Notes under the pieces: generated by a model | Told to the model about the DNA's origin: nothing | The model's database searches: none | What the model saw: only the letters and a program-made list of their open reading frames with translations | IMG/VR virus record: IMGVR_UViG_3300045999_007288 | Coordinates: 1 to 64,000 of that record | Reading direction: 5' to 3' (one strand) | DNA: 64,000 bases | From: a virus | Shown: positions 17,925 through 27,574 of the stretch, piece after piece | How the letters are laid out: the number at the start of each line of letters is the position of its first letter | Numbering within the stretch: the first letter of the stretch is position 1 | Program-made: the position numbers and the translations under genes

Positions 17925-18712
17925 TTAAGTCCTAGTTCTTTTCTGATTTTAGTAGCAGAAATATCAGTGATAGATTCATCAAATGTTTCTTCACCAGCAG
18001 AATATCCCACACCACGACCCCATCCAATATGCACTATGTTAGGAACTACTTGTATTTCATATTGTCCTTGATACAATGGGTCTAAATCTCGACGGATAAA
18101 TGATTTCACTTTTTCTACTTCGAAGGGATTGGACCCTTGCCAGCCTTGTACATCACGGACTTGAATTATAACTTGGCCAGTGCGCTGTAGCAGTCTTTCA
18201 AATAATGCCCTGTGACCATCGTGCCAAGGTTGCCAACGCCCTAACATTTGTACCGTTTCTTTTTTCCAATCAAATACAGGCCGTCGACGATTGTCAATAA
18301 TGTGTTCAGCGATAAAATCTGCCCACTTAGCGGCATTCTGTTCATTAATTCGAAAATCATAAACTTCGGGCTCTACAAACATTTTATTAGTATCAGCGTA
18401 ACGACCTTCGCGTATAGTATCCACCCATACAGTCCAATCTGCTTTAAAATTGTTACGCATTTCTACTAATGGTGCAACAAAATCACATAGTGCATAATCT
18501 GTATGACATGACATCGACAAATCAAACATACGTTTACTTTGGCGAATTCTGCCAGCTTCGCTGAAATCCCAATCGTCAAATTGTTTTCTTACTTCGTCTG
18601 CGTTAAACCAAGTAACTGTTTTGCCATTGTCTTCCAATAACTTTTTTAATTCTGTTGCTAAGTAGGTTTTTCCTGCTCCAGGCAAGCCCATAATTAAAAT
18701 TCGTTGTGTCAT
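17921..18712 (-). CDS. adenylylsulfate-kinase-like P-loop domain fused to an HxGH nucleotidyltransferase domain
   Basis: GLPGAGKT, NADEVR, DFS..GR.RQ; C-terminal GRWQPWHDGH and ISATKIR. Confidence 0.8.
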   Translation of the reverse strand: MTQRILIMGLPGAGKTYLATELKKLLEDNGKTVTWFNADEVRKQFDDWDFSEAGRIRQSKRMFDLSMSCHTDYALCDFVAPLVEMRNNFKADWTVWVDTIREGRYADTNKMFVEPEVYDFRINEQNAAKWADFIAEHIIDNRRRPVFDWKKETVQMLGRWQPWHDGHRALFERLLQRTGQVIIQVRDVQGWQGSNPFEVEKVKSFIRRDLDPLYQGQYEIQVVPNIVHIGWGRGVGYSAGEETFDESITDISATKIRKELGLK

Positions 18713-20190
18713 GATAGTACCTTTACTCCATATAATTTTTCAAATCTATCAGCGTCCTTACGATCATTGACCATAGGTTCGCCTCGAATGTTCAGACTAG
18801 TATTTAATAGCATAGGGCAGCCTGTGACAATAAACCATTTCTCTAATAGTTCTCGTATACCTGACCCGTCCTTTGGTACAGTCTGAACACGACTAGTTCC
18901 GTCATGATGCACAATAGCAGGAAATAAGTCAGGATGCCTGCAAAGAGCGACTGATTGCATATACCTACTGCTACTGAAGCCACTGGGCATGCCAAAATAC
19001 TCGTTGGCAAACTCTTCCAAAATAACTGGTGCGAAGGGTCTGAATTTTTGTCTACGTTTAATTTCATTTACTCGATCTTTTATATCTGGTCCCCGGGGAT
19101 CGGCCAACAAGCTACGATTACCTAATGCTCTGGGGCCGAATTCAGCACGGCCACTGGCAATGCCAACAATACGATTAGCAATAAGCTCATCTAACGCAGC
19201 ATTAGTAGGGTAAGGTCCGGGAATATTGTGACCTAAGAAAGCATCGCGCCAATTAATCCTACCACCATAAGCCAGTGCAGCAGCACCCAAACTAGAACCT
19301 GCATCGCCAGGATTGGGCATTATCCATATATTATCAAAATAAGGACCTATTCTGCCGTTGGCCACACAATTAAGAGCAACCCCGCCCATATAAACTAAAT
19401 TTTTGCTCCAGTTAAAGTCTTTTGCTCTACGCATAACATTTAGTACAAGATCTTCTGTTAAGTCTTGTGCGCTGGCTGCAATATCCATATCTCCAACATA
19501 AGACAAATACTTTTCTTCTATGCCAGTATGAAGATTTTCTTTAAATTTAATTTCCCACTCATTATGTAAAAATTTAGACTTAAACAAATCAGTGAACGCA
19601 GGCGCACCATATGCTGCCATACCCATTAAAATGTATTCTTCTTCATTGGGTTTAAGTCCAACACGTTCTGTCATTGCACTGTAAAACAATCCTATACTAT
19701 GCGGATATTTTTGGCGCCATAATCTTTTATAAACGGCTTTTCCTTGAACATATTCTGCTGCCCAAATACTTATTGTGTCCCATTCCCCAATGGCGTCTAT
19801 CACAACCACTGTGGCTTTATTAAATGAGCTTGTTTGAAACCCTGCGGCTGCATGACATAGGTGATGATTATGGGTTGAAATCTTACCTGGAAATTTAGAA
19901 AATTCTTTGCCTATTTGCCTAGTAAGAATCTGTCGGGCAGTAAGTTTATTCCATTCAAGGCCCTGACCACTGTACAGTTGTCTTAACTGTTTATTCCATG
20001 GTCGTTCATAGTAAGCAACATGATCAATCCTATAATCAATTATTTCTTTGATTATACCAGGACTTAAATTTGGATCATTCTTAATTTTACTATAGCGTTC
20101 GCTGTGGCCCGCATATAATATATTTCCATAATTACCAATGACACTTATTGCAGCGTCATGAAATCCTGCAGATATTCCTAAAATATTCAT
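18709..20190 (-). CDS. carbamoyltransferase, NodU/CmcH/TobZ family
   Basis: ILGIS..HDAA, HH..HAA, DAIGE, E...MGMA.YG, GGVALN, GDAG, EFGPRALGNRS, KRRQ.FRPFAP, DGTSRVQTV, LLNTSLN. Confidence 0.93.
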   Translation of the reverse strand: MNILGISAGFHDAAISVIGNYGNILYAGHSERYSKIKNDPNLSPGIIKEIIDYRIDHVAYYERPWNKQLRQLYSGQGLEWNKLTARQILTRQIGKEFSKFPGKISTHNHHLCHAAAGFQTSSFNKATVVVIDAIGEWDTISIWAAEYVQGKAVYKRLWRQKYPHSIGLFYSAMTERVGLKPNEEEYILMGMAAYGAPAFTDLFKSKFLHNEWEIKFKENLHTGIEEKYLSYVGDMDIAASAQDLTEDLVLNVMRRAKDFNWSKNLVYMGGVALNCVANGRIGPYFDNIWIMPNPGDAGSSLGAAALAYGGRINWRDAFLGHNIPGPYPTNAALDELIANRIVGIASGRAEFGPRALGNRSLLADPRGPDIKDRVNEIKRRQKFRPFAPVILEEFANEYFGMPSGFSSSRYMQSVALCRHPDLFPAIVHHDGTSRVQTVPKDGSGIRELLEKWFIVTGCPMLLNTSLNIRGEPMVNDRKDADRFEKLYGVKVLS

Positions 20191-20288
20191 TTGTATATAA
20201 AAGGATCTTGCTTTCGTAATTCTTTGAGTCTGCGACGATAAGTGATTTCTAATTTAATTCTGTAGTATAAATTTTTAAGCCATGTCAT
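20187..20288 (-). CDS. 33-aa basic peptide MTWLKNLYYRIKLEITYRRRLKELRKQDPFIYK, absent from the ORF track
   Basis: Manually translated; its stop overlaps the carbamoyltransferase ATG (ATGA); TAAATA lies 5 nt upstream of its ATG. Confidence 0.7.
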   Translation of the reverse strand: MTWLKNLYYRIKLEITYRRRLKELRKQDPFIYK

Positions 20289-20292
20289 GATA

Positions 20293-21393
20293 TTATTTAT
20301 TGAGCAAACTACTGCTGTAATCGTAACCAGGTTTTAATCTTTCAATTTGTTGATCATAGTAGTCCTTATCTGACCAAGTATAAGAATATACAGAGCTCAA
20401 AATGTTTCCTGACCCATCATCGCATTGAATCGAATATATGTCTAAATAACACGATAGTATCGGCCAAACTTCACTGTATTTGATCGTCCCAAAACTTCTT
20501 TGTAGATCAACTTGACCCACTGAATGGTATCCGAAGTTGTATTGATTGTCTTCGGGGTCGAATCCGTTTCGTTCGAGCCATGATTTAAACCCAGACATTT
20601 CTTTGGTGTACCAAGGATGCGGCCCATTATAACATACATCCTGTGCCCATTCGATGTCAAATTCCCCGCTATAGTAACGTAGATGTGTAATAGCATCACA
20701 GGTAGCCTTGTCAATGTCAATGCCTTTTTCGTCTCGATACACTTCATATAACGTTTTACCGATTTGTGTCCAATGCAGATATACTTCCCCAAATTTTCGA
20801 TCATATCTGGATTCGTCAAAAGTAGTTTTATGTATTGCTGGAAATTCGTATCGTGCGGCGTTCAAAAATGTAGTAATTTGACTAGGTCTGACCCATTCTG
20901 GTAATGTTACTTTTTTACGTTGACTTAACATTAAACTCTCTGCTTCATGACATAAATTATTCAATTGTCTAATAGCAAATTTAGTTGTATAATCTGCCCG
21001 TTTATAATAATCACTGAGTCCCCATACAGTTCCTTGTAAAATCTCAAAATGATTGTGCAATTTGTTCATTAAATCCTGATTAGGATTTAATGTTTTAGGA
21101 TCCCGTAGAGTAAAAGGGTAAAAGTTTTCTTCTATTTTATATTCATCCCGAAAGAAATCATTTATTACATTCTTAACCCAATATAGTTCTTTACAAATAT
21201 ATTCTAAATCTCTTTGACTGTCGGGGAATCCTAAAAAGCAAAAGTTCTTTTCTAGATATTTGTGTTGCTGTACGATTTCTTGTAGTGCTGTAAACCATTG
21301 CTGAGCCATTTCGTGCTCGTAGACATCGATAATATAATCTAATGTTTTTGTTTTATCTAACGGATTGCGTAGTGTTACTATTACTTTATTCAA
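20293..21393 (-). CDS. hypothetical protein in the radical SAM cluster
   Basis: 366-aa ORF coupled to neighbours; NKLHNHFE..., QLNNLCHEAE, HW.QIGKT motifs. Confidence 0.7.
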   Translation of the reverse strand: MNKVIVTLRNPLDKTKTLDYIIDVYEHEMAQQWFTALQEIVQQHKYLEKNFCFLGFPDSQRDLEYICKELYWVKNVINDFFRDEYKIEENFYPFTLRDPKTLNPNQDLMNKLHNHFEILQGTVWGLSDYYKRADYTTKFAIRQLNNLCHEAESLMLSQRKKVTLPEWVRPSQITTFLNAARYEFPAIHKTTFDESRYDRKFGEVYLHWTQIGKTLYEVYRDEKGIDIDKATCDAITHLRYYSGEFDIEWAQDVCYNGPHPWYTKEMSGFKSWLERNGFDPEDNQYNFGYHSVGQVDLQRSFGTIKYSEVWPILSCYLDIYSIQCDDGSGNILSSVYSYTWSDKDYYDQQIERLKPGYDYSSSLLNK

Positions 21394-22675
21394 TTGAATT
21401 CCACCATTTTAATACTTCGGGTCTAGCTGAAAATATATCATGCATAGTATAGCTATCATTTCGAATTTGTTCAAGTTTTTCGATTCTTGCTTTTCCTTTA
21501 CGCAAGCCAAATTGATATCCATCGGGCCACTGTTCTTGAAATGTAGGTCTAGTTTTTAGCTGTACAAGTATATCCTTTAAGGCGCCGCCTACAGTGGGTA
21601 TAATTTCATCTATCCAAGGTTCTAATAGATCCCTGGGCAGTGATAAAGGTGACATAACTATGTCCGGGCTAAAACTAAAAATTACTTTCGCGAGAATATC
21701 GACTTTTTCTTCTTCTGCAAGTCGCTGGATACTAGCAACTTCGAACATGCCGGGCAAAGTGAGCGTAAAGTCAATTCGCATTTGACGTCGGTGACTAGCA
21801 ATTTTAGTTCCTTGACGGAAGTTCTCAAGCCATTCATTGTAGTTAAGGCCTGTTCTAATGTATTCGCCAATCGAGCCCGTGCCGTCGATGCTTGCACAAA
21901 TCTGCCAATCACGAAGCCTGCTGAGAATATCACTATAAAGATTGACACCTTTATAATTAATTCTTGATAAATTTGTATTATATCTAGCATAAACATTTGG
22001 CCCGTCTCCTAATTCTATAATCCTCTGCATGTAGCGCCAATGCTGTTCATACATAAGAGGTTCACCGCCAACCCAATATACTTCCTCTACGCGGTGTTCT
22101 TCGACGGCTTGACTAAACTCTGCCTCAATCTGTGTGTCTTGAAATTGTTCGATTTGTTTTTTGATTTCGGCTTGCATCCAATTATTCTTAGGATCATGCC
22201 AATTAACCATATTGTATTGACGTTGCTCGCTTTCCCATGCACTACTTAACATGTCTCCACACATGCGACATTTAAAATTACAAAGATTACTAAATCTGTA
22301 ATCCCAACTTACAGGCTTCATATCTGTCGAGCCGTCGGGCCGAGTCTTTTCCATCGCCTCATTGTACTTATTCCCAAACAAACTATTAAAATAACTACGG
22401 TAAACAGATGTGTTCAACAACTTATCATTACATACTTCACACTCGGGCAAAGTTTCTCCTGCTATCATACGGCGACGAACAGACTTCATATGTTCGCTGT
22501 TCCAATGTTCGTCCAACGTAACAGGTATATATTCTCCTGTGCCGTTAGTTGTGTCGATGTACTGTTTAAAATTCTGTGCGGGTTCGCGACTAGCGCAGCA
22601 TAATCTGCGTTCGGTCTGCGGACTTAAATATGTATGTGTCCAAGGGGCCATGCACAAAGTATCAGGTTTAATCAT
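21386..22675 (-). CDS. radical SAM enzyme with N-terminal twitch/SPASM domain (subtype A)
   Basis: CMAPW...LCC...CEVC; CNFKCRMC; GGEP; YNTNL. Confidence 0.9.
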   Translation of the reverse strand: MIKPDTLCMAPWTHTYLSPQTERRLCCASREPAQNFKQYIDTTNGTGEYIPVTLDEHWNSEHMKSVRRRMIAGETLPECEVCNDKLLNTSVYRSYFNSLFGNKYNEAMEKTRPDGSTDMKPVSWDYRFSNLCNFKCRMCGDMLSSAWESEQRQYNMVNWHDPKNNWMQAEIKKQIEQFQDTQIEAEFSQAVEEHRVEEVYWVGGEPLMYEQHWRYMQRIIELGDGPNVYARYNTNLSRINYKGVNLYSDILSRLRDWQICASIDGTGSIGEYIRTGLNYNEWLENFRQGTKIASHRRQMRIDFTLTLPGMFEVASIQRLAEEEKVDILAKVIFSFSPDIVMSPLSLPRDLLEPWIDEIIPTVGGALKDILVQLKTRPTFQEQWPDGYQFGLRKGKARIEKLEQIRNDSYTMHDIFSARPEVLKWWNSIE

Positions 22676-23873
22676 ATCCCATAGCCTTGGCTATTTCAGA
22701 GTGTGTATCCATAAAGTTCTGTTTTCTATATGTATCTGTGCGCTTCATATTGTTTATGAATACTTGCCCGTCACTGCCTGGGCCATTTTCGATAAATTTA
22801 ATTACATTCTCAATTTCTTGATGATGTTCTTTTGTATTCCAAAAAGTTGTTTTGAGTTTATTTAAAACTAATTCTCTGGCTGCGGGTGTTAATCGTTGAA
22901 TACTCATATGATCAGGGCTGTGTAACATATTAAAATAAATGCTGTCAAAAGGTTTGGTGCTTGCCCAAGCCAGTAACTCATCTAAGTAATATACATTTTG
23001 AATATTAATAGTGAAACAAAGTTGAGTAGTAATGTTAGGCGTGTCAACATCTCGTGCAAAATGAACTCCGTCGATTATTTCGTTGGCTTTATCCCAGTCT
23101 GCACCGTATCTTTCATATTCAAATCTCGCGCCAACATTGTCGATACTAAATGCAATATCTACACGACCGAAATGATTCCATAAATCTGATTTTTGTATGC
23201 CTAACCCGTTAATAGTTGCATTGGTATTATAATGAATATCAATATGTTTACTATGACCTGTAGCTACTGCATATCGCAGTAATTCCCAATGTTCTTCGAT
23301 TAACCAAGGTTCACCCCCAGTAAATTCAAAATACTTAATATTGGGCAGTAATGATTTTAAATTCTCCCAAAAATCAGGACTCTCTTCTGGCCACTTACCT
23401 TGTTTAAGCCAGGTATATGCAACATGTTTTTTCTTATCATGTCCTTGCGGCAAGTACTCTAATTCTTCTGCTGCCCACTTGCTACTGCTCCAGCTTCCAC
23501 ATATCCTGCACTTTAAATTACAAATGTTGCCTAGCTTTAAATCAATGAACCACAATTGATCAGGTACATCGTTTTGCCAATCAACCAATGGGTATAACTC
23601 CTTGAGTCTGACTTGGCTGTGAATACGTTTACTAGTCCTATTTGCTGCTTCCTCATCCCAGCATAATTTACAGGTATTTGGTTTTTCGCCGCGGCGGAAT
23701 TGTCTGCGTAAGTTTTGCATATACTCGCTGGTGTATGCATCTTGCAATGTATGTCTTCTAAGATCAATACCAGTAATATCTTCCCTTGCAAGACAACAAG
23801 GTCTTGCAGTACCCATGGGACTAGTCTCAATACTAATCCATGGCAGCATACAAATACTATTAGGTAGTGTCAT
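22668..23873 (-). CDS. radical SAM enzyme with N-terminal twitch/SPASM domain (subtype A)
   Basis: CMLPW...PCC...CKLC; CNLKCRIC; GGEP; YNTNA. Confidence 0.9.
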   Translation of the reverse strand: MTLPNSICMLPWISIETSPMGTARPCCLAREDITGIDLRRHTLQDAYTSEYMQNLRRQFRRGEKPNTCKLCWDEEAANRTSKRIHSQVRLKELYPLVDWQNDVPDQLWFIDLKLGNICNLKCRICGSWSSSKWAAEELEYLPQGHDKKKHVAYTWLKQGKWPEESPDFWENLKSLLPNIKYFEFTGGEPWLIEEHWELLRYAVATGHSKHIDIHYNTNATINGLGIQKSDLWNHFGRVDIAFSIDNVGARFEYERYGADWDKANEIIDGVHFARDVDTPNITTQLCFTINIQNVYYLDELLAWASTKPFDSIYFNMLHSPDHMSIQRLTPAARELVLNKLKTTFWNTKEHHQEIENVIKFIENGPGSDGQVFINNMKRTDTYRKQNFMDTHSEIAKAMGYD

Positions 23874-25207
23874 TTATTTTTTAACTCGCTTAATTCAGAA
23901 AATGTATTCCAAAAGTTTTCTCCCCTGAGATTATCAATTAAATTAATTTCTTGTTTAAATTTATCCCAGTGCTGTGAGCCGTTGGTGGCCATTAGAAAAT
24001 TAATAGCACTCTTAAATCCAGTTGTTGCACGTTTTAATGGGTCTTGTGGTTCTAACCATTCAATATGACGCTCGTATGCTGGTTTAATTACTTGCTCTTT
24101 AAATTCTTGAGAGAATATGTCAACTCTATACCATTCGGGACTTTGGCAAATATTAACGTTAAAGTCCTTGGGTTTAATAAATCCTAAATCAACCCACTCC
24201 TTATGAAAATCCAATACGTGAAGAACGTTCATTGCACTAATAGTAGATGCTATATAAAAATCTACGTGCGGCACTTCTTCTAACATGCGTTCACGATTAC
24301 GAACTGTTTGTTTCCAGTCTGTGCCTTTTCTCATTAATTCTGCTCTAGTCCCGCTGGCATCCAGACTAGCACCTACACCCACTGTTCTAAAGTGTTTCCA
24401 GTATTCAAATACGTGTTTGTCTTTGAATGCTAATTCGCTAAAGTTTGTATTGTACTGGATACATACGTCTGTTCGACCGGCTTCAATGAGTTTTTCTAAT
24501 AGATAATAGTGTTCCTTCATAATCAAAGGTTCGCCGCCTGCAAAATAGACTTGTTCCAAGTAGGGAATATGTTCTTCCATTTGTGCAATCATATAATCTT
24601 CGTCACCGGCAGCATATTCAATTCTGGCCAAATCTTTGCCGTTTACGTCAGGCACTCTATTGAATAATTTGACATGATCATTATACCAGTTACTGCTAAA
24701 AACAGGGCCGCACGTTCTGCAACGAAAATTACACAGATTACTAAATCTAACGTCCCAATATCTAATCTTAAATTCTGGATGAGTTCCATCTGGCAATGTT
24801 TTATCTACGTCTGCAATGTTATGTCCGTAACTACGATTAGCGTCATAGCGCATACTAAAGAATCCGTTTTCTTCTTGTTCATAACATTTGGTGCATTGTT
24901 TGACTGGCTGATCTGCCATCATTAAACGTCTGATCTCTTTATATCCTTCTTGATTCCAAACTTCTTGCATTGAATTCTTTTTTAAATTCCCAATTGGATG
25001 AAAATATTCTGCAAAACAACAAGGATACACACGACCATCCGGGTACGCATGTTGATGAACCCAGGGCAACATACAAAATGACTTACTATTAGTTAATCTA
25101 CTGATCTGTGTTTCTGTAAGGGAGTTTGAATCTATAAACAGTGGCTTTCGACTATTGTAGTCATAGCCACGTTTATAAAATCTATCAGTTTTTTTGTCTT
25201 CGCTCAT
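23870..25207 (-). CDS. radical SAM enzyme with N-terminal twitch/SPASM domain (subtype A)
   Basis: CMLPW..DGRVYPCC...CTKC; CNFRCRTC; GGEP; YNTNF. Confidence 0.92.
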   Translation of the reverse strand: MSEDKKTDRFYKRGYDYNSRKPLFIDSNSLTETQISRLTNSKSFCMLPWVHQHAYPDGRVYPCCFAEYFHPIGNLKKNSMQEVWNQEGYKEIRRLMMADQPVKQCTKCYEQEENGFFSMRYDANRSYGHNIADVDKTLPDGTHPEFKIRYWDVRFSNLCNFRCRTCGPVFSSNWYNDHVKLFNRVPDVNGKDLARIEYAAGDEDYMIAQMEEHIPYLEQVYFAGGEPLIMKEHYYLLEKLIEAGRTDVCIQYNTNFSELAFKDKHVFEYWKHFRTVGVGASLDASGTRAELMRKGTDWKQTVRNRERMLEEVPHVDFYIASTISAMNVLHVLDFHKEWVDLGFIKPKDFNVNICQSPEWYRVDIFSQEFKEQVIKPAYERHIEWLEPQDPLKRATTGFKSAINFLMATNGSQHWDKFKQEINLIDNLRGENFWNTFSELSELKNK

Positions 25208-26553
25208 AGTGTATTATACCAATCTGCTAATGCAGGAAATGTTTTGCAGAAGTCTTTTCCTCTGCGTTGATCGTATTGTGTGTAAAATTGTTTAAAATCG
25301 TTTTGTAATTTTGGCAATTCAAAAGAATCGCTGTGGGGTGTCTTAACAACATCCAAATAATCTATTAGACGCAGTACATGATTTATTTCGTGCTCGTGTA
25401 AGTAGTTATGCCCTTTATGGCGAACAACAAAATCAATTAGCCGATTACGATATTTTGTTTTAATGTCGTCTGGCAATATCAATGGACTTTGAAAACTAGG
25501 GAAACGTAAAATGTTTAATGTAAAATTAGGAAAGTCTCTTCCAAAGTCTTTCTTTAAATTAACCATTGTATCTAAGAAATCGGGTAATGTGTCTAAACAC
25601 AATGCATTGATCGTACACATCACATGCAATCTATAAAACTTTTTACTTTGTGTAAGTTTTATAACATGTTCTAACCATAGATTATAATTCAGTCCATCGC
25701 GAATATATTCTGCTTGATCATATTCGCTTTCGTTGCTAGTATATAAATCTATTTCAAGTCCATCTACACTGTCAATTAGTCTATCTATATCAACTTGATA
25801 TCCTAAATTACTGTTGATAGCAAGTCGAGTTTTACTACGGCCTTTATTTGCTTTAAACCAATCTAATAATTTCCAAGTTTCTGCACTCATCAGAGGTTCT
25901 CCACCAGTAATGCGTAATTCGTCTAATGTTTTATGGAGATCGCTTTCCCACCATTTATGGAATGCTTCAACGTATGGATTAGATTCGCCAAATTTATAAA
26001 GTTGTGAACTATCATGGGTGTGCGTAAAGTGATTTCTACCATCACTAACAAGATTATTATAGGGCCCGTTACGTTTAATATCGTTGACCCATGTACTACT
26101 AAAAGCAGGATTACAATAACTACAAGCAAACTGACAAGTTCTATCAAACGCGATTTCAAGAGTTTTAAGATCGAAATCTTCTCGAGCTGGTGTTCTATAT
26201 GCGCGGGCCAAGTCTTCATCATTGTAAATCACAGTTTTGTATACACGATCACTTACTGCATCTCGGCCCATGTCTTCAATCTTCCAGCAATACTCACAAC
26301 CAGATGGACGCTCACCTTTTTGCATTTGTTCGCGTTCCATCTTTTTCTTTTGAGTATTGTGTAATGCCTTAGGATTGTTGATCACATCATCTATTTCGAC
26401 TTTATGAGGCAATGGATGATGACAGCTAGTGGTCATACCGCTGCCTAACCATATAGTAGCATTATACCACTTAGCTCCGCAAAAAGATTTTGATTTAATA
26501 TCGATTACTCTACGTTTGTAATCTAAGTCTGTTTCATTGTTTAGTCTTGGCAT
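25204..26553 (-). CDS. radical SAM enzyme with N-terminal twitch-like domain (subtype B)
   Basis: CGAKW...SCHHP...CEYCW; CQFACSYC; TGGEP. Confidence 0.9.
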   Translation of the reverse strand: MPRLNNETDLDYKRRVIDIKSKSFCGAKWYNATIWLGSGMTTSCHHPLPHKVEIDDVINNPKALHNTQKKKMEREQMQKGERPSGCEYCWKIEDMGRDAVSDRVYKTVIYNDEDLARAYRTPAREDFDLKTLEIAFDRTCQFACSYCNPAFSSTWVNDIKRNGPYNNLVSDGRNHFTHTHDSSQLYKFGESNPYVEAFHKWWESDLHKTLDELRITGGEPLMSAETWKLLDWFKANKGRSKTRLAINSNLGYQVDIDRLIDSVDGLEIDLYTSNESEYDQAEYIRDGLNYNLWLEHVIKLTQSKKFYRLHVMCTINALCLDTLPDFLDTMVNLKKDFGRDFPNFTLNILRFPSFQSPLILPDDIKTKYRNRLIDFVVRHKGHNYLHEHEINHVLRLIDYLDVVKTPHSDSFELPKLQNDFKQFYTQYDQRRGKDFCKTFPALADWYNTL

Positions 26554-27574
26554 AGTTGTTAAATTTAGTTATAAAATCATTTATTAGTTGTTTATCCTCG
26601 CCGGGTGGTTGCGTGGATATCATTACATTCCTATTGTGTCTACAAATATCTTCGGCTTCATTTAAAAATTCTTCTAAATTAGAATTGCAAAGAAATTCTA
26701 TCACATCTACTATTCGATTTAATCGTTTATCGTTGTCGTCTATTAGATCAAACGATTCGTCTATTAGATGACCAAACGTTTTAAATCCTTGATTATGTAA
26801 ATCTTTATAGAATCCATAGTTTGCCGCTACTACAAATGGGTGTCCAATTTTAAGTGGCTTGTAAATTTTTTCTGTTCTGAAGCTATAGGGCAAATAAAAA
26901 TTTGTTTCTGTTACAACACTGAAATAAGAATCTTCAAAAATATTTGCAAATATTTGCCCGTCAGGCCAGTCGTTTAATTTATATTTTCCGTTTACTACAT
27001 TATCACTGTTGACTTGAAATTGGTAGTCTTTGGGCAAAAATTTATTGTCGTAGAGTGCAGACCATAAACTTCGTTCTAACAAATCTTTTTTATTTAATTT
27101 TTCTATCAGTAATGAACGATGAGATCTTTCTATCCCATTTAAAAAATTAAACAAAAAAGTTTTATTCCTTTTTAAAAAAATTTGATCAATTATCTTCGAA
27201 TCTCTTTGTTCGAGCTCAGTTGTTGTACGTCCTAAGATATACCTAAATATGTCTACTGTTATATGTGCTATATTCGAGGGCAAATCTCCCGACGACACGA
27301 TAAACGGTAGACGCACAAAATCATTCCATCCTAATGCGTTTAATGTATCTAATACTGTATTGGTACCTTCGTGTAGCATACTTAGTATAAACAAATTTTT
27401 GCTGTCCACAGAAATAATATTTTTTTTAATAATATTTCCTGTTAATAAAACAATACCATTGTCTGAAATTAAACTTTCTACTGTATCGTGCTCCACTACA
27501 TCAAAATAATCAGGATACCAATTAAAAAATTCTAAATTGTCGTTTTTTAACGAGTTAATTTTAATCTTTTGCAT
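26534..27574 (-). CDS. AT-rich hypothetical protein, possibly GT-B/GT10-like
   Basis: F.FLNG..R.HR and FSVVTET...RTEKIYKP...HPF...GFKTF...IDESFD, reminiscent of the E..TEK motif of GT10 enzymes. Confidence 0.45.
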   Translation of the reverse strand: MQKIKINSLKNDNLEFFNWYPDYFDVVEHDTVESLISDNGIVLLTGNIIKKNIISVDSKNLFILSMLHEGTNTVLDTLNALGWNDFVRLPFIVSSGDLPSNIAHITVDIFRYILGRTTTELEQRDSKIIDQIFLKRNKTFLFNFLNGIERSHRSLLIEKLNKKDLLERSLWSALYDNKFLPKDYQFQVNSDNVVNGKYKLNDWPDGQIFANIFEDSYFSVVTETNFYLPYSFRTEKIYKPLKIGHPFVVAANYGFYKDLHNQGFKTFGHLIDESFDLIDDNDKRLNRIVDVIEFLCNSNLEEFLNEAEDICRHNRNVMISTQPPGEDKQLINDFITKFNNYAKTKQ

